This document shows, one piece after another, positions 37,750 through 45,890 of a stretch of 64,000 nt of DNA. The number at the start of each line of letters is the position of its first letter. Position 1 is the first letter of the stretch. The stretch covers positions 927 through 64,926 of the forward strand of contig CAZYFH010000014.1 in the NCBI GenBank assembly GCA_964646815.1, given 5' to 3'. The notes beneath the pieces are model-generated. The model saw only the letters and a list, made by a program, of their open reading frames with translations, made no database searches and had not been told where the DNA came from. The translations under genes were made by a program, and so were the position numbers. The DNA is from an uncultured Vicinamibacteraceae bacterium. GTDB taxonomy: Bacteria > Acidobacteriota > Vicinamibacteria > Vicinamibacterales > UBA8438.

Positions 37750-38616
37750 TTACCCAAGATACTCCCCCACGATTGGGGCCAGATCCCGCTTCGTCTCCTC
37801 AGGCACCGCGTCCGGACGCGTGATGATCGCTGTCTTCAGAGCGGTCGCGCACTCGCATCCGCGCTCGACCGGAAGCCTGGTCAGGAGGTCCCTCAGCGTG
37901 CGCTGGGCGGTCGACGCGTTCCGTTGCAGCGTCTCGACGATCATCTCGACGGTGACCCGGTCATGGTCCGGGTGCCAGCAGTCATAGTCGGTGACCAACG
38001 CCAGCGTGACGAAACAGATTTCCGCCTCCCGCGCGAGCTTCGCCTCCTGCAGATTGGTCATACCAATCACGTCCATTTTCCACGACCGATACAGTCGCGA
38101 CTCCGCCAACGTGGAAAACTGCGGGCCTTCCATGCACACGTAGGTCCCGCCACGATGGACGGTCGCCCCGACCGCTGTCGCCGCGTCTCCCGCGAGCGTG
38201 CTCAACGTCGGACAGAACGGGTGCGCGAGCGAAACGTGCGCAACTAGACCGCGTCCGAAGAAGGTGCTGATGCGGCCGCGGGTCCGATCTAGGAACTGGT
38301 CCGGCACGACGATGTCCTGCGGCCGATACCGCTCTTGCAGACTCCCGACCGCGCTGGCGGAGACGATCCACTCCACACCGAGGGCCTTGAGCCCGAAGAT
38401 GTTCGCGCGGAAATTGAGCTCGGTCGGCAGGATGTGATGACCAGCGCCGTGACGCGCCAAGAACGCTACGCGTTGTCCACCGAGCCTCCCGATGACATAG
38501 GGCGCCGACGGCTCGCCGAACGGCGTTGGCACCGTGCGCTCCTCCAGGTCGACGAGCTCCGCCATCTCGTAGAGTCCGCTGCCGCCGATGACGCCGATGC
38601 GAATGGGTTCGGACAC
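37750..38616 (-). CDS. mtnP: S-methyl-5'-thioadenosine phosphorylase
   Basis: IGVIGGSGLY, FLARHG..H and VIGMT motifs of MTAP-type PNP-family enzymes. Confidence 0.9.
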   Translation of the reverse strand: MSEPIRIGVIGGSGLYEMAELVDLEERTVPTPFGEPSAPYVIGRLGGQRVAFLARHGAGHHILPTELNFRANIFGLKALGVEWIVSASAVGSLQERYRPQDIVVPDQFLDRTRGRISTFFGRGLVAHVSLAHPFCPTLSTLAGDAATAVGATVHRGGTYVCMEGPQFSTLAESRLYRSWKMDVIGMTNLQEAKLAREAEICFVTLALVTDYDCWHPDHDRVTVEMIVETLQRNASTAQRTLRDLLTRLPVERGCECATALKTAIITRPDAVPEETKRDLAPIVGEYLG

Positions 38617-38679
38617 GATGGATGACGCACGGCGCGCCGTTCGCGCTACCCCGCGGGGTCGGCTCCGTTGCGCCTGAGC

Positions 38680-39084
38680 TTATCCTCTCTTTTCCTTCAG
38701 CTCCACCAGCACACCATGCGCGCTCGACGGGTGCACAAACGCGACGAGCGAGCCTTCCGCCCCTTCACGCGGGCTGCTGTCGATGAGTCGCGCACCACAC
38801 GCCGCAAGCCGTTCCAGCGCGGCGCGGATGTCGTCGACCCTCAAGGTGATGTGATGCAGTCCGGGGCCCCGGCGCGACACGTATCGCCCGATGGGCGAGC
38901 TGTCGCTCGTGGCCTCGAGCAACTCGAGCGACGCCGATCCGACCCGAAGGAAATGTGCGCGGACACCCTGAGACGGCACCTCTTCCGTCACCGCCACGTC
39001 GAGCCCGAGCGCGTCGGTGTAGAACCGCAGCGCCTCTGCGAGGTCGCCAACCGCGATCCCGATGTGATCGAGCGTTGCCTTCAT
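38680..39084 (-). CDS. mce: methylmalonyl-CoA epimerase (VOC family)
   Basis: 134 aa starting LDHIGIAV, with GPGLHHI and FVHP...GVLVEL motifs. Adjacent to meaB. Confidence 0.85.
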   Translation of the reverse strand: MKATLDHIGIAVGDLAEALRFYTDALGLDVAVTEEVPSQGVRAHFLRVGSASLELLEATSDSSPIGRYVSRRGPGLHHITLRVDDIRAALERLAACGARLIDSSPREGAEGSLVAFVHPSSAHGVLVELKEKRG

Positions 39085-39166
39085 GATTCTGCTGGTCCCA
39101 TTCCGAGTTCAGGGAGGCGGCCGGCACCCGCCCGCCGAGCCTCCAGACGCGGGCCCGGCACCCTGT

Positions 39167-40096
39167 TCACGTCTCTGATCGCGGCCGTAGCACCATACCT
39201 AAGATCTCCTCGGCGGCGCCGTACGGGTCGCACCCGCCTTCCAGGACCCGCGCTACGGCAGCATCGATGGCATCGGACCCGACCGTGGTCAAGAAACCAT
39301 CGGTCAAGGCGGTCCGCACCCGCACCCGCACGCGATCCCGATGGCGTCTTCCTCGATCCGACGTCATGTGCGCCACATCGTCAATCGCTTGCGCCAGACC
39401 CGCGATACCGTCGCCGGTCGACGCCTGGGTCTTGAGCACCGGCGGCCATGCACCGGTGGCCGCGTCACGCAACGACAACATCGCCTCAATCTCTGCGACC
39501 GCGCGATCTGCGCCATCCCGATCGGCCTTGTTCACGACAAAGATATCGGCGATCTCCATGATCCCGGCCTTGAGCGCTTGGACATCGTCGCCTGTGCCTG
39601 GCACCGTTACGACGACCGACGCGTCCGCGGTACCGGCGATGTCGACTTCCCCCTGCCCGACGCCGACGGTTTCGACGACGACGATGTCCTTGCCCGCGGC
39701 CTCAAGCACCAGCACGGCGTCGCCGGTCGCCCGCGCTAGGCCGCCAAGATGTCCACGCGTCGCCATACTGCGAACGTAGACGCCATCGTCCGCAGCGTGG
39801 GCCTGCATCCGGACGCGATCGCCGAGAATCGCTCCACCTGTGAAGGGGCTCGTCGGATCGACGGCAATGATACCCACGGTGCGCCCGGCCCGGCGCCATT
39901 CTGCGGTGAGTCGATCGACGAGCGTGCTCTTCCCAACCCCGGGGGCTCCCGTCAGACCCACGACCCGTGCACGTCCCGTGCTCCCGAAGAGACGGCCAAC
40001 CAGCGGTGCGGCCGCGGGCGACTCGTTTTCGACGATGGAGAGGGCGCGCGCGATCGCCCGCTGCTCCCCGGCAAGTACACCCTCTGCAAGGTCCAT
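39167..40096 (-). CDS. meaB: methylmalonyl-CoA mutase-associated GTPase
   Basis: G3E P-loop GAPGVGKST, a VETVGVGQ switch and an NKAD motif. Confidence 0.9.
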   Translation of the reverse strand: MDLAEGVLAGEQRAIARALSIVENESPAAAPLVGRLFGSTGRARVVGLTGAPGVGKSTLVDRLTAEWRRAGRTVGIIAVDPTSPFTGGAILGDRVRMQAHAADDGVYVRSMATRGHLGGLARATGDAVLVLEAAGKDIVVVETVGVGQGEVDIAGTADASVVVTVPGTGDDVQALKAGIMEIADIFVVNKADRDGADRAVAEIEAMLSLRDAATGAWPPVLKTQASTGDGIAGLAQAIDDVAHMTSDRGRRHRDRVRVRVRTALTDGFLTTVGSDAIDAAVARVLEGGCDPYGAAEEILGMVLRPRSET

Positions 40097-40170
40097 GGCC
40101 TACCCCGACCAACCGACTCGAGACTGGCCGGCCGATGAACGGTACCGTGTCATCTGTGACAGGCGACTCA

Positions 40171-40269
40171 CCCTGGAGCTCACATGTGTGGCGTCCGTAG
40201 CAACCCCTTCAGGCCTGCGAGAAGAGGCTGAAGCCTCGCCCTACATGGCCAACACACGTGAGCTCCGGG
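40171..40269. repeat. long imperfect inverted repeat with nested, mutually exclusive inner hairpins
   Basis: Outer arms are CCC-T-GGAGCTCACATGTGTGG (40171-40191) and CCAACACACGTGAGCTCC-GGG (40249-40269), with a 9-bp perfect core GGAGCTCAC/GTGAGCTCC. Inner hairpins are CTTCAGGCCT..AGGCTGAAG or GAGGC-TGAA-GCCTC (40224-40237). Confidence 0.7.
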
Positions 40270-40270
40270 A

Positions 40271-41421
40271 TTAGACTGCCGCATCGAGATACCGTCGGGC
40301 GATCACGAGTCGCTGGATCTCACTGGTGCCTTCTCCGATGGTCATCAGTTTGACGTCGCGGAAGCACTTCTCCGCCGGATAGTCTTTCACGAACCCGTAA
40401 CCGCCGTAGATCTGTACGCACTCCTCAGCGGCGCGCACCGCCACTTCGCTCGCGTAAAGTTTGGCCATGGACGATTCGCGCGTCGTCTGACGCCCGCGGT
40501 CCTTCCGGTGGGCCGCCCGACATGTCAGCAGTCGGGCGGCCTCAATCCGAGTTGCCATTTCGGCGATCTTCCACTGAATGGCCTAAAAGGACGCAATCGG
40601 CTGACCGAACTGCCGACGATCTGCCGCGTACCGACGCGTGGCTTCGAACGCGCCCTGCCCAGACCCACCGACAGCGCCGCGATGCCGATGCGACCGGCGT
40701 CCAGCACTTCAAGGGCATTGACAAACCCTTGACTTGCCGCCCCCAGCAGCGCGTCGGTGGAAACGTGGCAGTCCTCGAACCGCACCTCCGCCGTGTCGCT
40801 GGCGCGCATCCCCAGCTTGTTCTCCTTGCGACTCGGTATCATGCCGCTCGTGCCCTGTTCGACGACGAAGGCGGAGATCCCGTGATGCCACTGGCCGGGA
40901 TCAGTGACCGCCATCACGACGGTGATGCCCGCCAGGCCGCCGTGTGTCGTGAACGTCTTCGCCCCGTTGAGCACCCACCCGCCTGACACGGGCGTCGCAG
41001 TCGTCCGCGTCCCCCACCCGCATCGCTGCCGGCGGTCGGCTCGGTCAGGCCCCATGCACTCAGGATCTCGCCGCGTGCGAGCCGGGTCAGCAGCCGCGCT
41101 CGCTGGGACTCGGGGCCGAACATGTACAGGTGCGCGGCACAGAGTCCGTTGTGCGCGGCGACCGTCAGCGCAATGGCGGGATCGACCCGGGCCAGTTCCT
41201 CGATACAGATGCAGTACTCGATCGCCGACATGCCAGCGCCGCCGTAGCGTTCGGGGAACTGGATGCCGAGCAACCCGAGCTCGGCGAGCTTCGGTAGCAG
41301 ATCGAGCGGAAACCGCTGGGCTTCATCCCACGTCCTAGACGTGCGGCGCAATCTCCCGTTCCGCAAACTCACGTACCGCCCGCCGCGTGACGCGTTCGGC
41401 GTCGCTCGGCCGGAAGTCCAT
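40271..41421 (-). pseudogene. acyl-CoA dehydrogenase, disrupted (three frameshifts plus one in-frame amber codon)
   Basis: ACAD homology runs continuously across four reading-frame pieces. (1) [28 protein letters not shown] then TAG at 41335-41337. (2) [12 protein letters not shown]...[13 protein letters not shown], with a shift at the C5 run 41011-41015. (3) [20 protein letters not shown]...IGIAALSVGLG, with a shift near 40651-40660. (4) AFEATRRYAADRRQFGQPIASF-TAG(40583-40585)[19 protein letters not shown]...[15 protein letters not shown]. Total span is 1151 nt, not a multiple of 3. Confidence 0.8.
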
Positions 41422-41580
41422 GGCGTCGGACTCTATCACACGGTTTTGACGCCGCCGGACGGTCGGGCATCATCGTGAAGGACGGTCCGAGCGACCCCAT
41501 GCTCCCGCAGGGGCTGCTGAGCGCTGAGCCGGCGGCGGGTCGAGCTAAGTCTCGGCGCCTAAAGCGTCGATAAGACACCC

Positions 41581-42063
41581 GTGAGCCGTCTGACGCGAAC
41601 GGTGGTCGTTGGGGTGATGCTGACGGGTGTGGCGAGCCCGGCCCTTGCCGACGCCACCACGTTCATCGGACCCAACCGCACGCCAGCGAATCGCATGACT
41701 CGGGGTGCGGCGCTCGGCCTCTCCCTTCTCGTCATCGGCTTCGAGTTCGAGTACTCCGACACCCCAGAGGACCGTAGCGCGAACGCGCCGTCGCTCAGAT
41801 CCGGCATGTTCAACATGTTGGTGCAGACACCGGTGAGCATCTCGGGATTGCAGTTCTACGGTACGATCGGCGTCGGAGCATATCGCGAGCGCCTCGACGC
41901 GCAAGAAACGACGAACGTGGGGGGCAATGTCGGCGGTGGCGTGAAGATCTCGTTACTGGGGCCGCTCCGAGCACGCATCGACTACCGCGTGTTCACGCTG
42001 CGCGGGTCGCCCCTTCATGACAGGCCGCAACGAATCTACGTCGGCCTCAATCTCGCGTTCTGA
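41581..42063 (+). CDS. small outer-membrane beta-barrel protein (OmpA-like / OMP_b-brl family, approx 8 strands)
   Basis: GTG start, signal peptide ending ALADA, alternating hydrophobic strands and a C-terminal aromatic residue (...IYVGLNLAF), typical of an OMP beta-signal. Confidence 0.6.
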   Translation: MSRLTRTVVVGVMLTGVASPALADATTFIGPNRTPANRMTRGAALGLSLLVIGFEFEYSDTPEDRSANAPSLRSGMFNMLVQTPVSISGLQFYGTIGVGAYRERLDAQETTNVGGNVGGGVKISLLGPLRARIDYRVFTLRGSPLHDRPQRIYVGLNLAF

Positions 42064-42102
42064 TCAACCGTTCAGCCGGGAGAGACCCTGGTCATTCTGA
42101 CC

Positions 42103-42615
42103 TTAGGGCTCGGGTGGGAATCCCTCCAGGCGCTCCAGGTTCACGACGATCTGTCCGAGCCCAGGGGCGAACGCGCCCATGAAGGTATCGTAAAGCGTCT
42201 GCACCTGCGTGGGAAACTCCTCATTGAGGATGTCCGTCACAGCGTAATCGGCCCCTTCGACCACCGGGTCGATGAACGACACGTAGAGGACGCTGTTGCT
42301 CGGGCCCCGTTCCCGCGCTTTGTAGATCCGCCAACCCGCGGCCTGCTGTTGACGATCGGCGTCCTCGGTTACCACCAGCGCCTCACCGAGTTTCTGCACG
42401 ACGCTCTCGAAGTCGGTGACACCAGTAGCGCTGACATAGTTGAAAATCATGCCGACGCCGGCGTCCACGTCGAACGAACGAGCCGACTGGGCCGCGGCGG
42501 TCCGCTGCGACAGGGCTAGGCCCACGACGATTCCCACCGCCACCGACGCGGCGATCGCGCCACCCGCCCACATGGGCCTGCAACTAAACCGCCGAGTCAA
42601 AGCTGCACGCGTCAT
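42103..42615 (-). CDS. secreted protein of unknown function (paralog A)
   Basis: 170 aa. Signal/anchor region ending AAAQS. Clearly paralogous to the 42852..43352 product (shared blocks F.Y/FV....T.DYE.V.QKL..AL; GW+.+.A; Y+..IDPV..GA.YA...I+NE.FP...). High GC3. Confidence 0.6.
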   Translation of the reverse strand: MTRAALTRRFSCRPMWAGGAIAASVAVGIVVGLALSQRTAAAQSARSFDVDAGVGMIFNYVSATGVTDFESVVQKLGEALVVTEDADRQQQAAGWRIYKARERGPSNSVLYVSFIDPVVEGADYAVTDILNEEFPTQVQTLYDTFMGAFAPGLGQIVVNLERLEGFPPEP

Positions 42616-42851
42616 GTGGTCAACCCTTCGACACCCCTCTGCGCACGCATCGCACCACTATACGCGAGGAGCTGATCTTCTCTTGGTTAGAGACGGGCAG
42701 TCGGGCGCCGGCTGCCCTAGCTGCCGGTGGCTCTCCGACGCCGTGTTGCCGTGCGGGAGCACGCGCCGCGCAGCACGGTCGATGGAGGACGCGGGCCGCC
42801 GCCCCCCCGCGGCACCGACGATCGGCGAATCGGTGTCTGGGCGTCGGCTTT

Positions 42852-43352
42852 CTAGAAGTCGGCGATGAGCTCGAGGTTCACCGGAAGCTGCTTGACCTGA
42901 CCTTCCGTAAACGACGAGTTGTAGGCCTCGAAGAGCTCCTCAATCTCCTCCGGAAACGCCTCGTTCATGATGGTTGACGCCGCGTAGTTGGCGCCGCTGA
43001 TGACCGGATCGATGAGCCACACGTATGGCACTGAGCCCTGACCGGTAAAATCCGCCCCGGCACGAAACACCTTCCACCCGCGGGCCTGCGCCTTGCGGTC
43101 GGTGTCCTCGTTCTCGCTTGCCTGCAGCGCGTCGCTGAGCTTCTGCATCACGCCTTCGTAGTCGGACGTCGCCGAGGGCTTGACAAAATGAAACATGAAG
43201 GCCGCGCTACCTGTAAACGTCGTTGTGGGCTGGGCCACCGCCTGATTCGAGGTGAGTAGCATCCCCAGCATCACGCCCACGGCCAAGGTTGTCGCGAGTG
43301 CGCATCCCATCCAAATCCGTCCAGCCGACCGCTGCTTGCGAAATACCCACAT
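42852..43352 (-). CDS. secreted protein of unknown function (paralog B)
   Basis: 166 aa. Signal peptide ending AVAQP and a strong SD (AAGGAGGAG) upstream of ATG 43352. Paralog of 42103..42615. Confidence 0.6.
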   Translation of the reverse strand: MWVFRKQRSAGRIWMGCALATTLAVGVMLGMLLTSNQAVAQPTTTFTGSAAFMFHFVKPSATSDYEGVMQKLSDALQASENEDTDRKAQARGWKVFRAGADFTGQGSVPYVWLIDPVISGANYAASTIMNEAFPEEIEELFEAYNSSFTEGQVKQLPVNLELIADF

Positions 43353-43417
43353 GTCCTTCTCCTCCTTGACTCTTCGCCACCCAAATAAAAGCGGGGTACT
43401 TTACCGTACAGTCGCTC

Positions 43418-44548
43418 TCAGACAAAGACCTGCATCACCTCGTTGGCAACCAGCATCCCGCGCCGTGTCAGCCGCAGCCGATCGGCCGAGTGCACGAGTA
43501 GCCCGGCGTCAAGAAAGGGTCGGAGTTGGGTGCAAAATCGGTCAAAGACATCGACAGCGTAGCGTCGTCTGATCGTCTCGAGATCGAGGCCCTCCGTGAG
43601 CCGGAGACCGGTAAACAGGGCGTCGCCGAGCCGCTCGTGGTCCGGGAGACGGCGCCGGTCCCGCATCACCGGTTGGGCCTCCTCCATTGCGCTGACGTAG
43701 TGGGCGGCCTCTGCCACGTTCGCCCAGCGCCAGCCGTCGCGAGTGGAATGCGCGCCGCAGCCGAAGCCGAGCCAGGCACCGTCTTGCCAGTACTTCAAAT
43801 TGTGACGCGAGCGCTTCCCGGCTCGAGCGACGTTGGAGATCTCATATTGCGCGAGACCGGCCGAGTCCATCCGCTCAAGTGCGTCGAGATACATCGCCGC
43901 AGCGTCGTCGTCCGGAGCTAACGACCAGTCTCGACGGGCCATCTCCTCCCGGAGCGGCGCATTCGGGTAGAGCTCGAGCATGTAGACGGAGGCGTGGTCG
44001 GGGGACAACCGAATCAGCGCCTCGACAGACGCGGCACAGTCGTCCGGCGTCTGCGCGGGTAACCACAGCATGAGGTCGAGGCTGATGTTGTCGCACCCCG
44101 CCTCGCGCGCCGAGACCATGGCGGCTTCCGCGCGCGCCGCGGTGTGCTCGCGACCGAGCCGCGCAAGCTCTCGATCGTCGAATGATTGCACGCCGACACT
44201 CAGGCGCGTTACACCGGCGCCCAGCAACGCCGCCACGTAATCGCCGGTGACGGTTTCAGGGTTCATCTCGAGCGTCACCTCGGCTCCAGGCGTCACGGCG
44301 AACGACGCCCGACAGGCGTCCAGCAAGCAGGCGACCTCGACCGGCGCAAGCAACGACGGGGTGCCCCCTCCCACGTAGATCGTGTCGACCGCCACGCCCT
44401 CGGCGGCGCGGCCGATCTCGGTTGCGAGCGCGCCGACGTACCGGCGCTTGAGCTCGGCGTCAAGGAGCCCACGGTTGAAGTTGCAGTAGTTGCAGATGGA
44501 CGTGCAGAACGGGATGTGCAGATACAGACCGAGAGCGTCGGTGGTCAC
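43418..44548 (-). CDS. hemW: radical SAM heme chaperone HemW (HemN-like, oxygen-independent coproporphyrinogen oxidase family)
   Basis: LYLHIPFCTSICNYCNF radical-SAM motif. GTG 44548 lies 5 nt after the upstream stop and gives 376 aa; the track ORF (to 44818) overlaps the upstream gene by 266 nt. Confidence 0.85.
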   Translation of the reverse strand: MTTDALGLYLHIPFCTSICNYCNFNRGLLDAELKRRYVGALATEIGRAAEGVAVDTIYVGGGTPSLLAPVEVACLLDACRASFAVTPGAEVTLEMNPETVTGDYVAALLGAGVTRLSVGVQSFDDRELARLGREHTAARAEAAMVSAREAGCDNISLDLMLWLPAQTPDDCAASVEALIRLSPDHASVYMLELYPNAPLREEMARRDWSLAPDDDAAAMYLDALERMDSAGLAQYEISNVARAGKRSRHNLKYWQDGAWLGFGCGAHSTRDGWRWANVAEAAHYVSAMEEAQPVMRDRRRLPDHERLGDALFTGLRLTEGLDLETIRRRYAVDVFDRFCTQLRPFLDAGLLVHSADRLRLTRRGMLVANEVMQVFV

Positions 44549-44552
44549 CGGG

Positions 44553-45395
44553 CTAACTGCTCGCCTTGCCGCCCGACCATCCGAGCTCGAGCTGGCCCTC
44601 CCTCTGCGTGTCCTTGATCCGAGCGCGGGCGCGGCTGGAGGTGCGCTGCGGCAGACGCTTCCGTGGACGCGACTTCCAGGCCCGAAAGAGGTCCTCGGCG
44701 CTAGGTGGATATTCGAAGTCCCGATAATCCGGCCCGCCGTATTCAAGGAACTCGCACATTTCGCGCAGTCGCGAATGCATGCGAAAACCCACCCGGACGA
44801 GCAGCGAGTCGAGATCATCGGCGTCTGGCACGTCCTCGTAGTTTGACGTGAACACCGTCGGCCGCCGCTCGTTGTAGCGCGTGTTGACGATGAGGTTCAT
44901 CGTCTCCTCGACCCAGTCGGTCAGACGCTCGGCGCCGAGGTCGTCGAGCACGAGCAACTCGGCGCGCATGACCTGACCGAGGATCTCCGCCTCGGACGTC
45001 CGGGTCACCGGGTTATACGTGCTCTTGATCGCGCTCAGCAGCGTGCGCGTATCGTAGTACAAGCCTCGGACGCCCTTGAGCACGACCGCCCGCAGCACCG
45101 ACACTGCGAGGTGCGTCTTGCCGACACCGGGTGGTCCGATCAGTAGGATCCCCTTGTCCACTACGGGAAACGCCTCGCTGAACTCGCGGGCCTTCTTCAC
45201 CGCGCGAGTCAACTGCTCGTTACGATAGGTGACGAACGTGCCGAAGTTGCACGTGCGGTAGCGCGCGGGGATCCGAGCTTCCTTAAGCGATCGCCGCGCT
45301 ACCGCCTCGCGCCAGCAGTCGCAGCGCGCCACGCGGGTGGTTCCATCGACGTCGTGCGCGCGCCATCCGGTGTCGTTGCACAGTGCGCAGGCCAT
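44553..45395 (-). CDS. DnaC/DnaI/IstB-like AAA+ ATPase with N-terminal CxxC...CxC zinc ribbon
   Basis: N-terminus MACALCNDTGW...ARCDCW, Walker A GPPGVGKTHLA, Walker B LLVLDDLG and the sensor TVFTSN, as in helicase-loader / IstB ATPases. The C-terminal approx 50 aa are basic and low complexity. Confidence 0.75.
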   Translation of the reverse strand: MACALCNDTGWRAHDVDGTTRVARCDCWREAVARRSLKEARIPARYRTCNFGTFVTYRNEQLTRAVKKAREFSEAFPVVDKGILLIGPPGVGKTHLAVSVLRAVVLKGVRGLYYDTRTLLSAIKSTYNPVTRTSEAEILGQVMRAELLVLDDLGAERLTDWVEETMNLIVNTRYNERRPTVFTSNYEDVPDADDLDSLLVRVGFRMHSRLREMCEFLEYGGPDYRDFEYPPSAEDLFRAWKSRPRKRLPQRTSSRARARIKDTQREGQLELGWSGGKASS

Positions 45396-45431
45396 GATTG
45401 CCGGTGCACAGCATACCGCGACACACGCGAT

Positions 45432-45890
45432 CTACGAGGAACGCTTTTTTTTGCGCGTCGACCGCGACGCCTTGGCCGGTGTGGACTCGGTCGACGGCGG
45501 CGTGGGGGCCGACCGAACAAGATCGCCGGGCCGCGTTTTGACCAGCGCGGTGCCAAGCCGCTGCTCCCAGTCGCCGAGTCCGCGCGCGAGCTCCTGCTTG
45601 ACGTACGCCATGAACTCGTTCACCTCGCGTTGCATACGGTCCATCTTCTCCCGCATGTTGAGGATGATCTCGACACCGGCAAGGTTGACTCCCAGGTCGC
45701 GCGTCAGCGACAGAATCGTTTCGAGTCGCTCAAGATCGTCCTCACTGTACAGCCGCGTGTTACCGTCGGTCCGCGACGGCTTGAGCAGGCCCTCGCGCTC
45801 ATACAGGCGCAGCGTCTGCGGATGGATGTCGTAGCGCTGCGCCACCGCGCTGATCATGTATTGCGCCTTGCCGGATTGGCGTCGCGTCAT
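45432..45890 (-). CDS. hspR: MerR-family heat-shock regulator HspR
   Basis: MerR HTH (YMISAVAQRYDIHPQTLRLYEREGLL.P.R...N.R.YS..DL..L), as in HspR. 4-nt overlap with the dnaJ stop. Confidence 0.85.
   Translation of the reverse strand: MTRRQSGKAQYMISAVAQRYDIHPQTLRLYEREGLLKPSRTDGNTRLYSEDDLERLETILSLTRDLGVNLAGVEIILNMREKMDRMQREVNEFMAYVKQELARGLGDWEQRLGTALVKTRPGDLVRSAPTPPSTESTPAKASRSTRKKKRSS

Noticed and set aside
44553-45395. The IstB-like ATPase as evidence for an IS21-family mobile element.
   Set aside because: There is no IstA transposase and no terminal inverted repeats, and the gene is tightly packed (36 nt and 5 nt spacers) inside the heat-shock operon. I treat it as a cellular DnaC/DnaI-like gene.
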